The translations under genes and the position numbers were made by a program. A DNA stretch of 63,491 nt, the filler included, from Octopus bimaculoides (taxonomy: Eukaryota), in the NCBI RefSeq assembly GCF_001194135.2. It is 5 parts of 3 records of this genome, joined end to end, with 100 filler letters (N's around TTAATTAATTAA, not from the genome) between each part and the next. Parts side by side here need not be neighbours in the genome. Positions count along the whole stretch, not along the records: positions 1 to 30,820 come from NC_068982.1; 4 more parts are not named here. One strand, 5' to 3'. Every line of letters begins with the position of its first letter. Position 1 is the first letter of the stretch. This document shows positions 12,074 through 24,314 of this stretch, piece after piece. Under the pieces are notes generated by a model that searched no databases, was not told the DNA's origin, and saw nothing but the letters and a program-made list of their open reading frames with translations.

Positions 12074-12113
12074 GGCCATGACGAAGGGAAATAGCCCTGA
12101 AACTCGAGTCGCC
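12074..12113 (+). ncRNA. Minimal type-I hammerhead ribozyme-like motif (variant core)
   Basis: GGC-CATGACGA-AGGG(AAATAG)CCCT-GAAAC(TCGA)GTC-GCC. It has stem I GGC/GCC, perfect stem II, palindromic stem III ACTCGAGT, a GUC triplet and one extra A in the CUGANGA box. Confidence 0.6.
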
Positions 12114-12382
12114 TTTATATATATATATTTATATTTATATATTTATATATTTGATCCTTTATATTGAACACTCAATATTTCATCTACATTCAATACTTTC
12201 TTTCATGGTGCCATCCATTTTTATTTTATTTTATTTTATATTGTATATTGTATATCATATTATATATTGTATATTCCATATTCTATACCCCACATTAGTT
12301 CTGCAGGAATATAAATAAAACATAAAAAACAGACAGTGTTGGAACTCTTTTAAGCAAAATAATATATATATATATATATATA

Positions 12383-12610
12383 CAAGTGTGTGTATGGTTG
12401 TTTGCTTGTCCCCCCATCACTGCTTGACAACCAGTGTTGGTGTGTTTACGTCCCTGTAACGTAGTAGTTCGGCAAAATAGACCGATAGAATAACTACAAG
12501 GCTTAAGAACAAAGTCTTGGGATCGATGTGTTCGACTAAAACCCTTGAAGATGCTGCTTCCGCATGGTCGCTGTCAAAATGACTGAAACACGAAAAAGAA
12601 TAAAATAATA
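12383..12610 (+). mobile_element. SINE family A, 3' half
   Basis: CACTGCTTGACAACCAGTGTTGGTGTGTTTACG...GACTGAAACACGAAAAAGA. Confidence 0.85.
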
Positions 12611-13254
12611 AGATAAAACGTAATAACAATAATACAGAATAACAAAAGTGGAGAGGAGATCTACAAAGGGTAATTCAAGGTCCTGGAACTGAAATGTCTC
12701 CCTTCCTGTTGTTGCCACCAGCTTACAGTCATGCAGTCAGGGTAGGCCTATTTAACAGCACAACTTCACCATCCTTAATCACCAGTCATAAAATTTACTG
12801 CAAAGCAACACTTCCTTTATTTTCTCTTCGTGTGGTATTTGAAAAATGGAAGTTTAGTCTGAGAGGAAAAGATCTACCCCCAACGCAACATCCTTTGCTC
12901 TAGCCTGAAGAAAGAGGAAGACTACTTACATCTCATTGTCAAAAATATGACGGTGGGTCGATTTTCTCAATAGAGTAATAATTGTTTGTGATAGTGTTTA
13001 TTTCTTTAATAAAAGACAAACCGGAAGAACGTAATAAATATCGGACGAAGTTTATTATTTGATTACCCCCAGAAAGTTTATCTTTTGATTAAAAAAATAA
13101 AAGTGAAAAAAAATATTGATTTTTTGCAATTAAAATTTTCATTTGAGAAGTGGTAACTCTTTTGACCTCTGCACATCGCCTCAGACTGATTGGCGAGATT
13201 AGTGAAGTTTTTCGGAACCAAATTAGTTTTTAATGATCTAGTTAGGAGAAGAAG

Positions 13255-15726
13255 TAGTTCAGTAAATGTACACCAGGACCCACCACTAATTGCAACAGAA
13301 ACGAACCCAGCGTTATTTGTCTTGGATAAAGGTTTCTTATAGCATACTAAAAGTCCCAAAGAATCGTTGGATTGGAACATGGTGAAATAACAGAATGAAA
13401 AAGCATCACTATTTTGCTTTCCTTTTGAAACTGTACTTGACCAAATATTGTCCAACCATTTCATTAAGAATGTCATATCCGATCCTTTTTGCATCATCCA
13501 CATTAATCTCGGAACCAGTCGAGATTCCGCTGACTATGTTGCAACGGGATGAGCCTCCTCCGAATGGAGACCTCCAGTCAATGAAGGACAACGATTTGCT
13601 ACACTTACTACTGTTCCTTATTTGCCGAGCTTGTGATATGTCTTTATGTGGTTCACTCGTCTTGTAAGTGATGAATGTCAGCTGTTCCATTGCCCAGACT
13701 GGTCTTTGGGTTTCTATCATTCCCCTCCCTCTGTGAAACTCCCACTCGTCACTATACTTCTCATTAGTACCTGTTCGATCACCAGGTTTGGAGAGAACCC
13801 TGCCCAGAAGCGGTCACCCCTCCTGACTACATGTAGTCCCTGGATGAACTGTTGGTAGACATTGAGGTGTGTGTCTACCAGTTTTGGCATCTGCAGTTAG
13901 AGGTGTAGCAATTTCGTGTACAAGTTATGGTGGAAGCATCTAAGTACGGAAGCATGGCTTGCAACGTCTCCAGACGGAGGCGATCAATCTCCGATTCGTT
14001 CTGATCGCATGAATGACCTCATAATGTCTATCATCTCTGTGTATTGCAGCCACAGATGTGCAGTACAGTACTTCGATTCCAATATATCCTTGTGTGTCTC
14101 AAGTTTCTGTTGTAGATCCTGCAGGTACAATGATGATTCTACATCATTGAGCGTGATTTCACCAGAGAGGAGATCATCATAAAGGTTCCCTATTGTCTCC
14201 AATTCCAGTGGTACACTGTCATTAGATAAAGACAACTTGATTCCCAACAGGCAGCTCAAGAGAAGTGTGTGAAGTACGGAATCTACAAGGAGATGACCAC
14301 GAATGGCACGAGCAACTGCGTTTCCAGTGAATATATGGGTAACAGTGTTCCCAGCGAAGATCATTTCCAAGAATTCTTGAGAGCCTGTTTCTCTCATCAA
14401 GTGCTCAATGCTACCCAGAAAGCTCATTGGTATGTGAAATCCCCTAAGTCTTAAAACCATCGGATGTAGATGACTTTCTTCTCCAGCACTTTCCGCAATT
14501 ATAGTTGTCTTGAACCACAAAGGTCGGTCAAAAGGAAGCACTGGTGTTGCTCCATAGAGCTTGCCATATTCTGCAACGAAGTGTAAGGTTGAATTGACAC
14601 ATGTCATGTCCCTCGGGTTCATATCAACCATGGGAAGGAACATGGTGGATGACTGTCCTGGGTGGTCTCTGTTTACCATTTGCATATATCCCGATCATGT
14701 TGATCTTGGTAACCGGACTGACTGGAACGTTTTCATCAGGAGATCTACCTTGGGTCTTTCCCTGTGTTTGGGTTCCTCTGGTAGAGCTTCATACTTGATA
14801 TTAGCAAGTTCATCACCAAGCGATATGAATTTCTTAATGCAGATGTGTCCTGCTGCAGGACACATTCTGCTGTCACAGACACACGTTTTACCACTGAGGT
14901 GCCATCACATTTGGGCGTTACAACTGCTATAATACTCATTCCGTGGAATGACTCAGAGCCGTCAAGAGTCCTCGTGTCATGATCCACGTTGTCGGCCACT
15001 TAATGAACAAACTCTGGAATGTCCAATCCCTGGTTGACAGCTGCACCCCGTTCATATTTTTGCACCTCTGAATATGAACTACAGAATCCATGGGCATTCA
15101 GTGTGTCAATCAGAAATCTTGAGGCAAAATGCGAATGCATTTGCACACCTAGACCTAATTGCAATGGTGCAGTCAGAACTCTGGGGCGAGCAGCCTGCAT
15201 TATTACATACCCCAATGAGCACACCAGCTGTTTTTTTCTTTTCTAACAAATACGGTGTTCAGTAGTAAGCGTAGTAACTCGGGAATATAGTTAGTAGCTT
15301 CTGAGATATCACTCATAGAAAGACTAGTTGGATAAGTGTCCTTCTGTTGTACAACTGACTTAGCATCACTTCTAATGAGGTTGGCCGCAGTTTCTATCAG
15401 TCTCAACCTCTCCGCTTACACCCTACCCCTGGTAAGGGTATAGGGCAGCCCCAAACTTGGCAGACATTTCCATGTGAAAGATAATGCCTGAAAAACAGGT
15501 TAGAACACGAAAAATATCTTGATACCTTCGTGCCTGTCTGTACCCTGGTCGTCTAATCCTGAAATCCAAAAGTTCACCCCTGAAAAAAATATTGTTCCAC
15601 TCAAAAGATTTTGTGGGACTTTTAGTATATCATGAAGGATACCCTACTGAACAAATCCCAGCAGGTTTCGTTTCTGCTGCAATTAGTGGTGGGTTCTGGG
15701 GAATATCAGCTAATTTGACTGGACTA
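13255..15726 (-). mobile_element. Internally deleted TIR DNA transposon, probably Academ (AcademX-like)
   Basis: Imperfect TIRs of ~130-150 bp (13255-~13387 and ~15575-15726), both starting TAGTYCAGT, are flanked by AAG at 13252-13254 and 15727-15729. The interior encodes broken frames of a transposase-like protein. Confidence 0.75.
13400..15410 (-). pseudogene. Frameshifted transposase fragment (Academ-like)
   Basis: Track ORFs 15203-15406, 15000-15224, 14745-14999, 13984-14685 and 13409-13720 join, with intervening frames, into one protein with motifs LRLRGFHIPMSFLGSI..LM..TG, RSFMRSERIGD, RRGDRFWAGFSPNLVIEQVLMRS and INVDDAKRIG. The pattern is typical of large invertebrate Academ-type ORFs; family assignment is by recall. 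Confidence 0.65.
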
Positions 15727-15899
15727 AAGAGCAGTTACAGTGATACATTCCAGTACCTCAAAGATTTATAGGAGGAAGGGATGAAATCCTTTTCAGACCA
15801 GAGACTTATATTGAGTACTTGCAACAGAACAGAACCCAGGGTCAAGTAGTTGACCATTAGGGGACATATGGTTAAAAGCTAAATGGTGGTCATGTCTTT

Positions 15900-16312
15900 T
15901 ATCGTTATTTGTTTCATTCAGTGGACGGCGGCCATGCTGGAGTTCTGTCTTTAGTCGAATAATTCACATCCCCCCCACACTCCAGTACTTGTTTGTCAAG
16001 GTTTGTTCTTATTCTGCTAAGTTTCGGGGATGCAAACAAACAAACCAACACCTATTGTCAAGTGGTGGGTGGGGGAACAAATACACACACGCACACACAC
16101 GCACGCACACGCGCACGCACACACGCACACGCACGCACACACACACACACACACAATGGGGTTCCATACAGTTTTCGTCTACCAAATTCACTCATAGGGC
16201 AATAATCTTCCTTCGATTATAGTAGATCACACTTGCCCAAGGTGCCGCATAATGGTACTGAACCCGAAACCACGTAGTTGCAATGAAGGCTTTCTAACCA
16301 CACTGCCATGCC
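15900..16312 (-). mobile_element. SINE family A, near full length
   Basis: Reverse complement of the head (CACTTGCCCAAGGTGCC..ACTGAACCC..AACCACAC) with central (CA)n. Confidence 0.8.
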
Positions 16313-16479
16313 TTGTAGGCAAAAAGGTAGAGTTGATTGAATTGGATCAGCTTCTGATTAATATTTATTTTATTGGTCCAACGCGAAAAAGAGAAGAAAA
16401 TTGCTAGGGGCAGGATTTGAAGATAAAATATAGAAGGAAAATATTTGAATAAAAGAAATAACCGATGCTACACACACCA

Positions 16480-17750
16480 TTGACATCAACACAACAAAAA
16501 TGTCCCTATATCCGAAACAGCACAAAGAATATTGTACAGCAGAGACTAACACGAATATAATGAATAAGTCTTCAAGAACAATGAAAATGGCACAACTGAA
16601 CAGATTACGGAAAAGTTATTAAAAAAAAATGTGGAGAGAAAATTATCAAGTAAACCTCAGCATAGAAGCGATGATCACACAGTGCCACAGGGAAACAATA
16701 ATGCGAAAGCGAAGCCATAATAAAGCATATTCTTTCAACAACACACAGAACAAAACACACGTCACAAGAGAATCAACAGAGTGGACAATGAAGAAAATAT
16801 AACAAAACAAGTGAAAACAATAGACAAAATAGAAGTGAGTATATATTGAAATCAATAATCATGGATCAATGAAAACTGTTCGCTGAGATACGAATAAAGA
16901 AATGTCCCGAAAAATATCCAAACATAACTGGATCTCCGAAGAAATTATTTCTAGAGAAACCAAACCTGAACATAATAGGTTAAATAACTTAATTTACTAA
17001 GTAGGCATGTCAGAAACCGGGAGCGACTCTAATAGAGTAAAATTCCCACTTACCAAACTCACCAGAACAGTGTAAAGAAAATGTAATAAAAATTAACATG
17101 AAATTGCCAAGACATATCTTTATTCAACGAAACAGAATGGAAGCGGTCTAGTATGAAGAAAACAGAAAACAAAGAAAAACAAAAACCGAATTAAATACCA
17201 AGAGAATCCAATATGAAAGGAAGGGAAAAGATCCTGGAAGTAAAAGATGTATTGAACTAATGATCCAGACAAAGGGATGCTGAATAAGAAAAACGATTTC
17301 GGAAAACGTGGCCGCTTCTATAATCAGAGTCGTTTTTCAAATATATATATNNNNNNNNNNNNNNNNNNNNNNNNNNNNNNNNNNNNNNNNNNNNNNNNNN
17401 NNNNNNNNNNNNNNNNNNNNTATATATATAAACAAATTGCTTCGTGATATCAATAAGGTAATAAAAAAAAACATCGGAAGATACACTGCCAATAACTACT
17501 ATAATAGAAGAACGCATGGTATGAAACCGTGCTGCGAGATATAAAAATTCGGAAAGGATTTAAAAAGAAATGGAGTTGAGGAATAAAAGAACACCAACAA
17601 GCATGACCGAACAGGGAATTTTCCAATCAAGACTGCCAGCATTTTATAAAATTTATAACGAATTGATAGATAAACCCCCCAATTTCTAATCGACGTACAA
17701 AACAGTGTATATGAAGCTATAGCAACATCATTCAATGAATTGCATACGCT
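16480..17750 (+). mobile_element. Decayed R4/Dong-like non-LTR retrotransposon fragment (pre-RT region)
   Basis: A-rich broken frames include QGIFQSRLPAFYK, similar to the R4-type QN..FQ.NQ..FY segment. No intact ORF. Confidence 0.4.
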
Positions 17751-18004
17751 ACTGAGGACAAACTGAATACTTCAAACACATTCGCCTGTTTATTTATTAT
17801 TGTCTAACACACTGGCTATTCATTTTGGAAAATAATAATTTACCAGAGCACAGGCATGGCTTTGCGGTTAAGAAACGCCTTTTGCAACCACGTGGTTCAG
17901 TTCCACTTCGAGGCCCCTTGTACAAAATGTTTTGTGAGAGATATCCCTTGTCTTTTTTTTTTTTTTTTACTATGTTGAGGTTTACTTATTTCTTTTTTAA
18001 AACC

Positions 18005-18298
18005 TGGTACTCACCCTATCGGTTTCTTTTGCCGAATCGCTAAGTTACAGGAACAATAACACACCAACACCGATTGTCGAACGGTGGTAGGGGACAGACG
18101 CAAACACGGAAACACACACATATAGATACATACATATATATACGACGGGCTTCCTTCAGTTTCTGTCTACCAAATCCAGTCACAGATCGACCCGTGACTA
18201 AAGCACAAGACATTCGCCCAAGGTGTCAATCAGTGGAACTGAACCCAGAACCAAGTGGTTGGGAAGCAAGCACGTTACCATATAGCCTCGCTTGTGCT
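18005..18298 (-). mobile_element. SINE family A
   Basis: CTTTTGCCGAATCGCTAAGTTAC...GGGCTTCCTTCAGTTTC...ACTGAACCCAGAACCAAGTGGTTGGGAAGC. Confidence 0.75.
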
Positions 18299-18344
18299 TA
18301 TGTATATAAAATTGTCTTTTGTGCCCCAGCCCTCTCATTTTTCG

Positions 18345-18520
18345 ACTACCGGTGTTGGTTTGTTTACGTTCTCATAACTTAATGCTCTTGCTATAGACAC
18401 CGCTGGAATAAGTTAAAGAAAAACGCAAGTAAAGTATTGTGGGGGTGATACTTTCGTTTAAAAGACTTCAAGGCGGTGCCCCAGCATGGTCTCAGCCTAA
18501 TGATTCAAGCAAGTAAAGTA
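18345..18520 (+). mobile_element. SINE family A, 3' half
   Basis: GGTGTTGGTTTGTTTACGTTCTCATAACTTA...AAGGCGGTGCCCCAGCATGG...CAAGTAAA. Confidence 0.7.
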
Positions 18521-18946
18521 TAAAACTTAAAGAGCAGAAATAATATTGGAAATGATGTATGGGTATATACAGGAGGATAAACATGGCCAGTAGGGTGTCG
18601 GATGAAATTCTTCACAATATTTATTCTTTATGTTCGAAGTTCAAATCTGAACGAGGTTAACTTTAACTTTCATCATCAAAGGGTCGATAAAATGAAGTAT
18701 CAATGTCAAATATAAGGAGCCGATTTCGTACTTATGTTGAAACGACAACATTAGTTCAATGACCAACGATATTGTAATAAATTCGGTAAACATGGGAAAC
18801 AACTCAGGGCATGCTACCATTTTATTAGACCTCCTCAGCAAAACAGACTTCAACGTACGTACTGAAGAAGAGTGATTCCTGTAAAATCACGAAGAAGATG
18901 GTACAGTAATGCACGCATGTAGGTGGAAGAAAACACACACACACAT

Positions 18947-19051
<105 letters not shown>

Positions 19052-19144
19052 TGCTTTTTCGGTACAGGGTACAGTACATTATTAAACTTTTAAAGAAGCG
19101 GGGTAGAAATACTTCGAAGCTTCGGCTTACCAGTTACTGTTACC

Positions 19145-19188
<44 letters not shown>

Positions 19189-19319
19189 TGAAACTTACTT
19201 GCAAACGGACGCGTCGCGTTCGATAATATAATAATACAAATGGTATATGAGCATATGCATGTATACATACATATATGTACATACCTACATCTACATGTAT
19301 ATATAGATGCATATCCGGG

Positions 19320-19470
19320 TACAGGACGTCAGAAAAGTGAACGGGGACATAAAAAACAAAAACGGACTTTGTTTACAGACAACAGAACGAACACATAGGA
19401 AATCAGACGAGCCACTTATGGAACTTTTCCTTCATCAGCTGCCTCTATTCTAAACTAGGCGTTTCGAAGA
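19320..19470 (-). mobile_element. Penelope pseudo-LTR-like remnant
   Basis: The minus strand has CTGATGAAGG.. followed by TGTGTTCGTTCTGTTG, as in other pLTR-like pieces, but the downstream GAAA box is missing. Confidence 0.3.
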
Positions 19471-19520
19471 TACACATTCACACACACACAAACACACATA
19501 CACACACATATTATGCGCTG

Positions 19521-19644
19521 GTTTATGGGGTCACCCTGGGTTTCTCGTTCAAAGAGGTCCCAGGTCACCGGTGTTTGGGGTCTGAAGATACGCTTGTAAG
19601 GCTAAACCTCTTATAAACAAGAAACCCAGGGTAACCCCATAAAC
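19521..19644. mobile_element. Small MITE-like element with ~38-bp imperfect TIRs
   Basis: GTTTATGGGGTCACCCTGGGTTTCTCGTTCAAAGAGGT (19521-19558) is the inverse of ACCTCTTATAAACAAGAAACCCAGGGTAACCCCATAAAC (19606-19644). Confidence 0.65.
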
Positions 19645-20038
19645 TGGCTTACCCCACTACAACATTAACTCTTCCACATCTTAGAGCGTGCTTCTCCTCC
19701 GGATTTATGTATTTCTACAAACGATCCTATGTGTGTGTGTGTGTGTGTGTGAGTGCGTGTTTTTATGAAGCTGTAATCATAATTCAAATCTCATTGGTAA
19801 AGTAAATCCTTATTGAAACGTACGCGCGCAAACTCTCTCTCTCTCACACACACTCTTTCTCTCTCTCTCTCTCGCACATACATACATGTACGCATGTATA
19901 TGCATATATTTATATATGTATATATTTATATATGTATATATTTACATACATTCATACATTTTTTTCAAACAGACATTTATGACTATGACAATAGACTGTT
20001 GTCTAGTAAGCAGTCAAAGATCAGCGGCACCCTAAATA

Positions 20039-20084
<46 letters not shown>

Positions 20085-20598
20085 TGTGTGTGTGTGTGTG
20101 TGTGTGTACGTGTACATGTGTGTGTGCGCGGGCCTATGCTTTTCCTGTTTGTATGCGTGAATTCAGACGATATTTTTGCCTTAATCACCGATGCACTCCA
20201 GGGGTCGGGTGCCATACCACCCGAAACATTGTTTTTTTTACTTCTTAAGGAGGACAGGTCATTAAGTTAAAGATATCCTTAAACCCAAGCCACTGAAAGA
20301 GAACCTCTACGTAGAAGCTTGACTTTCTAAAAATAGTAGCCAAATCTCCCTCAAGTCTCTCTGTACCGTCTTTAAAATGGACGAACGAAATTCGAGGTTA
20401 TATGATTATTTAACACGTCAAAAGGTTTATTGTTGTTGTGTAATCCCAGGTTAGCCTGGATAACAAACGCAATCTTACTGTATCATTGTTCATCCATTTT
20501 AAAGGCAGTGAATCCGACAAGATACATTTTGTTTCGCCTTCATCAATGTGTTTGTGCATATACAGGCATATACACATACAGGCGTGCATGCTGGGTCT

Positions 20599-20635
<37 letters not shown>

Positions 20636-20729
20636 GCACATGCGCAAAGTACAGTTAAAAAACCACTTCAGCAGATGTAGTAGCGGACATGTTGAACGGC
20701 CGAGCGATAAGCATTGCTGCGAAGGTTGC

Positions 20730-20890
20730 AAAATTTGAAGGTAATCTCACTCCAGCTCAAACTGCCATGTTAGAATACGCAGACGATATTACCGTCATGG
20801 TTATACACTTTAGAAATCGAAGTGGTGGCCGGCGCCATATTGGAAGATTACCAGAAAGTTGGGGGAGCACGCATTTATCGAAGCATTAAT
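20730..20890 (+). mobile_element. L1/Tx1-like RT fragment
   Basis: EYADDITVMV (YADD at 20776-20787) is followed after a frameshift by LEIEVVAGAILEDYQKVGGARI, paralleling the RT end at 26890-26965. Confidence 0.6.
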
Positions 20891-21149
20891 ATGTTCTAAA
20901 ATAAGATAGAATATTATTGATAAGGTTTCTCAAATAGCTTGACATATTATGGGACATAAAGCTTTGCTTCACTGAAAAATTCCGACCCCTGAAACAACCT
21001 AACGTATCTCTTAATCGAACATGAAAAGTGTTTTCATAATGTCACACCCAAAGGAAGTTCCTTCTGGAAAGTTTCCAGCTGCCATAATTTTTAAAAGCCA
21101 GTTTATAATTATTTTCAACGATTTTCGTAGATTAATTGATTTTGACGAC

Positions 21150-21310
21150 GATAAGGGCTTAGTGGATATTCTGATATTTTATTTAATCGACCCCGCAGGT
21201 ATGAAAAGTAAAAGTTGACCTCAGCTGAGTATGAACTCAGAAAGCTAAAGTGCGGGAACAAATGCCATGCGGCATTTTTACTGACGCTTTTACAATTCTA
21301 CCAGTTTGCC
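21150..21310 (-). mobile_element. SINE family B (degraded)
   Basis: ATTTAATCGACCCCGCAGGTATGAAAAGTAAAGTTGACC...TGAACTCAG...GGCATTT. Confidence 0.65.
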
Positions 21311-21351
21311 GCATTGTATGTGTATGAGTGTGTATGTGTGTGTATGCGCGC

Positions 21352-21397
<46 letters not shown>

Positions 21398-21519
21398 GGT
21401 CAGTTTAATTGTATATCTGTGTGTCCAGTTTTATATCCGCTTGTGTGGGTGGTGTTAGTATGTTTGGTATTTGGGGCTTGTAGTCACGACGTGGTTATTT
21501 TTAACGTTACACATGAATT

Positions 21520-21549
21520 GTGAGCATCTTCGTTAATTATAAATATATG

Positions 21550-21592
<43 letters not shown>

Positions 21593-22180
21593 GTGTGTGT
21601 ATAAGCATCTTCGTTAATTATTACTATATATATGTGTGTGAGTGTCTGTGTGTATGTGTAGATATATTTACGTACATACATACTCATACACACACACATA
21701 TATATATATACACATATATACATACATACATATATATATGCACTGTGTGTGTATGTGTGTGAGACCATGTGTGTGTGAGACCATGTGTGTGAGACCATGT
21801 GTGTGTGTGTAACTGTGTGTGTGTGTGTGTATGAGACCATGTGTGTGTGCGTAACCGTGTGTGTATGTATATATATATTTACGTGCATATATACTCATAC
21901 ACATATATATACACATACATACATATATGCGCTGTGTGTGCGTGTGTGAGACCATGTGTGTGTCTTGTGTGTAACCGTGTGTGTGTGTGTGTGTATGAGA
22001 CCATGTGTGTGTGTGCGTAACCGTGTGTGTGCATGTGTAGATATATTTACGCGCATATATACTCATACACATATATATACACATACATACATATATGCGC
22101 TGTGTGTGCGTGTGTGTGTGTGTGTTAGACCATGTGTGTATGCGTGTGTGCGTGTGTCTGTGTGTGTTGCATTATATGTT
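21520..22180. repeat. Compound minisatellite (~170-210-bp higher-order units built from GT/TA/CA runs)
   Basis: The block ATATATTTACG..CATA..ACTCATACAC recurs near 21660, 21875 and 22040, and GAGACCATGTG recurs about 7 times. Confidence 0.8.
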
Positions 22181-22664
22181 TACCGTGGAGAGTCAGATGT
22201 TATTCGGTGAACCGTATCGGTCTTGTCTGTACTGATTTTCCTCTTGACCAGTGTCCGGTGTGACATAGGTCAACTATGTACACTCAAAACACTCGCTCTC
22301 TTACCCTACCCACTTTACCTTCACCTGAGCGCCAACCTCAAATCTATTTCGTCTCACACCTCACAACTCCATCCATCTGTCCCCCGCTCTCCCTTCTCTC
22401 TCCCCCTTTCTCTATCCCTCTCTCTCTAATAGCTATATGTTAAGTGGTATTTTCTTTCTTCTCACCCAAAGCCACCTGTCCATCAATCTTTTTATTTCAT
22501 CTACCAATATCTTATTGCCACGTATCACCAAACCCGGATCCATGGTTTCTCGTACGAGGCAACGAGGGAGGACCTACGTAGCTGATATACTTAAAATAGC
22601 AGCACAACCTCCTTGAAAATGCTTCCTAATATGTCACTTTGAATAATGAAGTCTTTTTATCTTT

Positions 22665-22870
22665 TAATCTTTACTTGTTTCAGTCATTAAACTGCGGCCA
22701 TGCTAGAGCACCGCCTGGAAGAAACTTTAGTTGAATGAATCGATCCCAGTGCATTTTTTTAAAGCCTTATACTTATTCTATTGGGTTCTTTTGCCGAACC
22801 GCTAGTTTACGGAGACGTAAAAACGCCAATATTGGTTGTCAGGCGGTGGTATCACACACATGCACGCGCG
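22665..22870 (-). mobile_element. SINE family A, 3' half
   Basis: CTTTTACTTGTTTCAGTCATTAAACTGCGGCCATGCTAGAGCACCGCC...CTTTTGCCGAACCGCTAG. Confidence 0.85.
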
Positions 22871-22876
22871 CGCACG

Positions 22877-22929
<53 letters not shown>

Positions 22930-22944
22930 CACTTGCACTTTGAC

Positions 22945-23830
22945 AACTATTTTTTTGTTTGTTTACATCTCATTAACTTAGCAGTTCGGCAAAAGAAACC
23001 GATGGGGTACTGGTGTTGTATGTGATCTAGATACATGTTTCTGGTATAGCTTGTGATCTACATTAGTTCAAATGGTATAGTTTGTGATCTATGCCGACTT
23101 TTTGATCTACATGTAAAATTCATGTCGACGTCCGGTTGGTTTGGTATATAAACCAAAACAACTTTTTATGATTTAAACACTTTTAGCCCTGAGCCCATTG
23201 TAAGATGTCGTGAGGAGAGCAAAAAAATTTTACACTCAGGTTATTCTAGATGAAGAAGCTGCATAGAATTTTTGGTAATTTATTAAAATTTATGCAGCCT
23301 AGTGTTATGCGTTGCGATTACTCTTTGTAGTTTAATGTTCAGAATGATGCAACAGCGAGAATATCGTTCTGGTGGTGTAAGTTATAGTAAAAATCTTCAA
23401 ATTAACAACATCCATAGATTACAGTCAAACCTCTAAGTCACACGGAACATACATTTGCAGTCGGTTTAAAGGTTTAAATGAAGTTTTTAAATTCATCGTT
23501 TGATAATATGTGATTAGTGTTAGGTAATATATAAACTCCTTGATGGACATAGAGATATTGTTCCATGCAGTAAATGTGGAGGAGAAATGGTGGAAAAAAT
23601 AAAGAAAAATAAGAGGTGAAACCCGTCCTATTTTTCGCTGCACAAACAGTCTTAATTTAAGTTGCTGTAGATCAAAATGGCATGTAGATCACATACTACA
23701 TCGGCACCACCGATGGACTAAGTATCAGGCATAAAAATAAGTACTGGAGTCAGTTTGTTTGACTAAACCCTCCAGGACGACGCCCCAGCATGGATGCCGT
23801 CTAATGACTGAAGCAAGTAAAAGGCTAAAC
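22945..23830 (+). mobile_element. SINE family A 3' half, split by the Merlin-like insertion
   Basis: GCAGTTCGGCAAAAGAAACCGAT lies before the insertion, and ACTAAGTATCAGGC...ATGACTGAAGCAAGTAAAA resumes after it. Confidence 0.75.
23006..23708 (+). mobile_element. Merlin-like non-autonomous DNA transposon
   Basis: 24-bp TIRs GGTACTGGTGTTGTATGTGATCTA / GGTGCCGATGTAGTATGTGATCTA (20/24 identical), exact 8-bp TSD ACCGATGG (22998-23005 and 23709-23716), and subterminal GATCTA repeats. Confidence 0.8.
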
Positions 23831-24314
23831 GATATAATGAGTATTGAGACTGATGTTGGTAATGTTTCGCTGAAACTGTTACAAGTGACGCCAGCAGCAA
23901 AGGCAAGGTGCCTGTAGTGAGCTCCAAAAGAAAAACGACCTGGGCAGGAGAACAGTATAGCAAACAGGGCGGAGGCTATATAGGTTGGGAAGAGTGGAAG
24001 CGAATGGATCAAAAGCATCCAAATAGAGATGGTAAGAGATCATAATATTTGGGGGAGCAAAGGGCATAATAGTAACAGTAGAAAAGGCTGAAAGAGGAAA
24101 TTGCACGGGATCGTCTCAGTTTGGCTGCACTTTTTGAAATTTGAAAGTGAAAATTTCAAATTTGGTGTATTGATGTACTTTTTCACGCTGAATCACTAGT
24201 TTAAAGTCTGAGTTCACTTCATTTCTTTCAACTTTGTCTTTCGTCCTAAAATTGCTGACCTTCTGCTAAAACAACGACGACGACGGCAACTACAACCAAT
24301 AACAACAACAGCAA

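Noticed and set aside
20689-20889. ADDITVMVIHF as a PP2C-phosphatase-like C-terminal exon
   Set aside because: It is better explained as RT YADD, because the frameshifted continuation matches L1/Tx1 RT.
21520-22180. CRISPR-like repeat-spacer appearance of recurring GAGACCATG units
   Set aside because: The intervening sequences are dinucleotide runs, not unique spacers, and there are no cas genes in this eukaryotic DNA.
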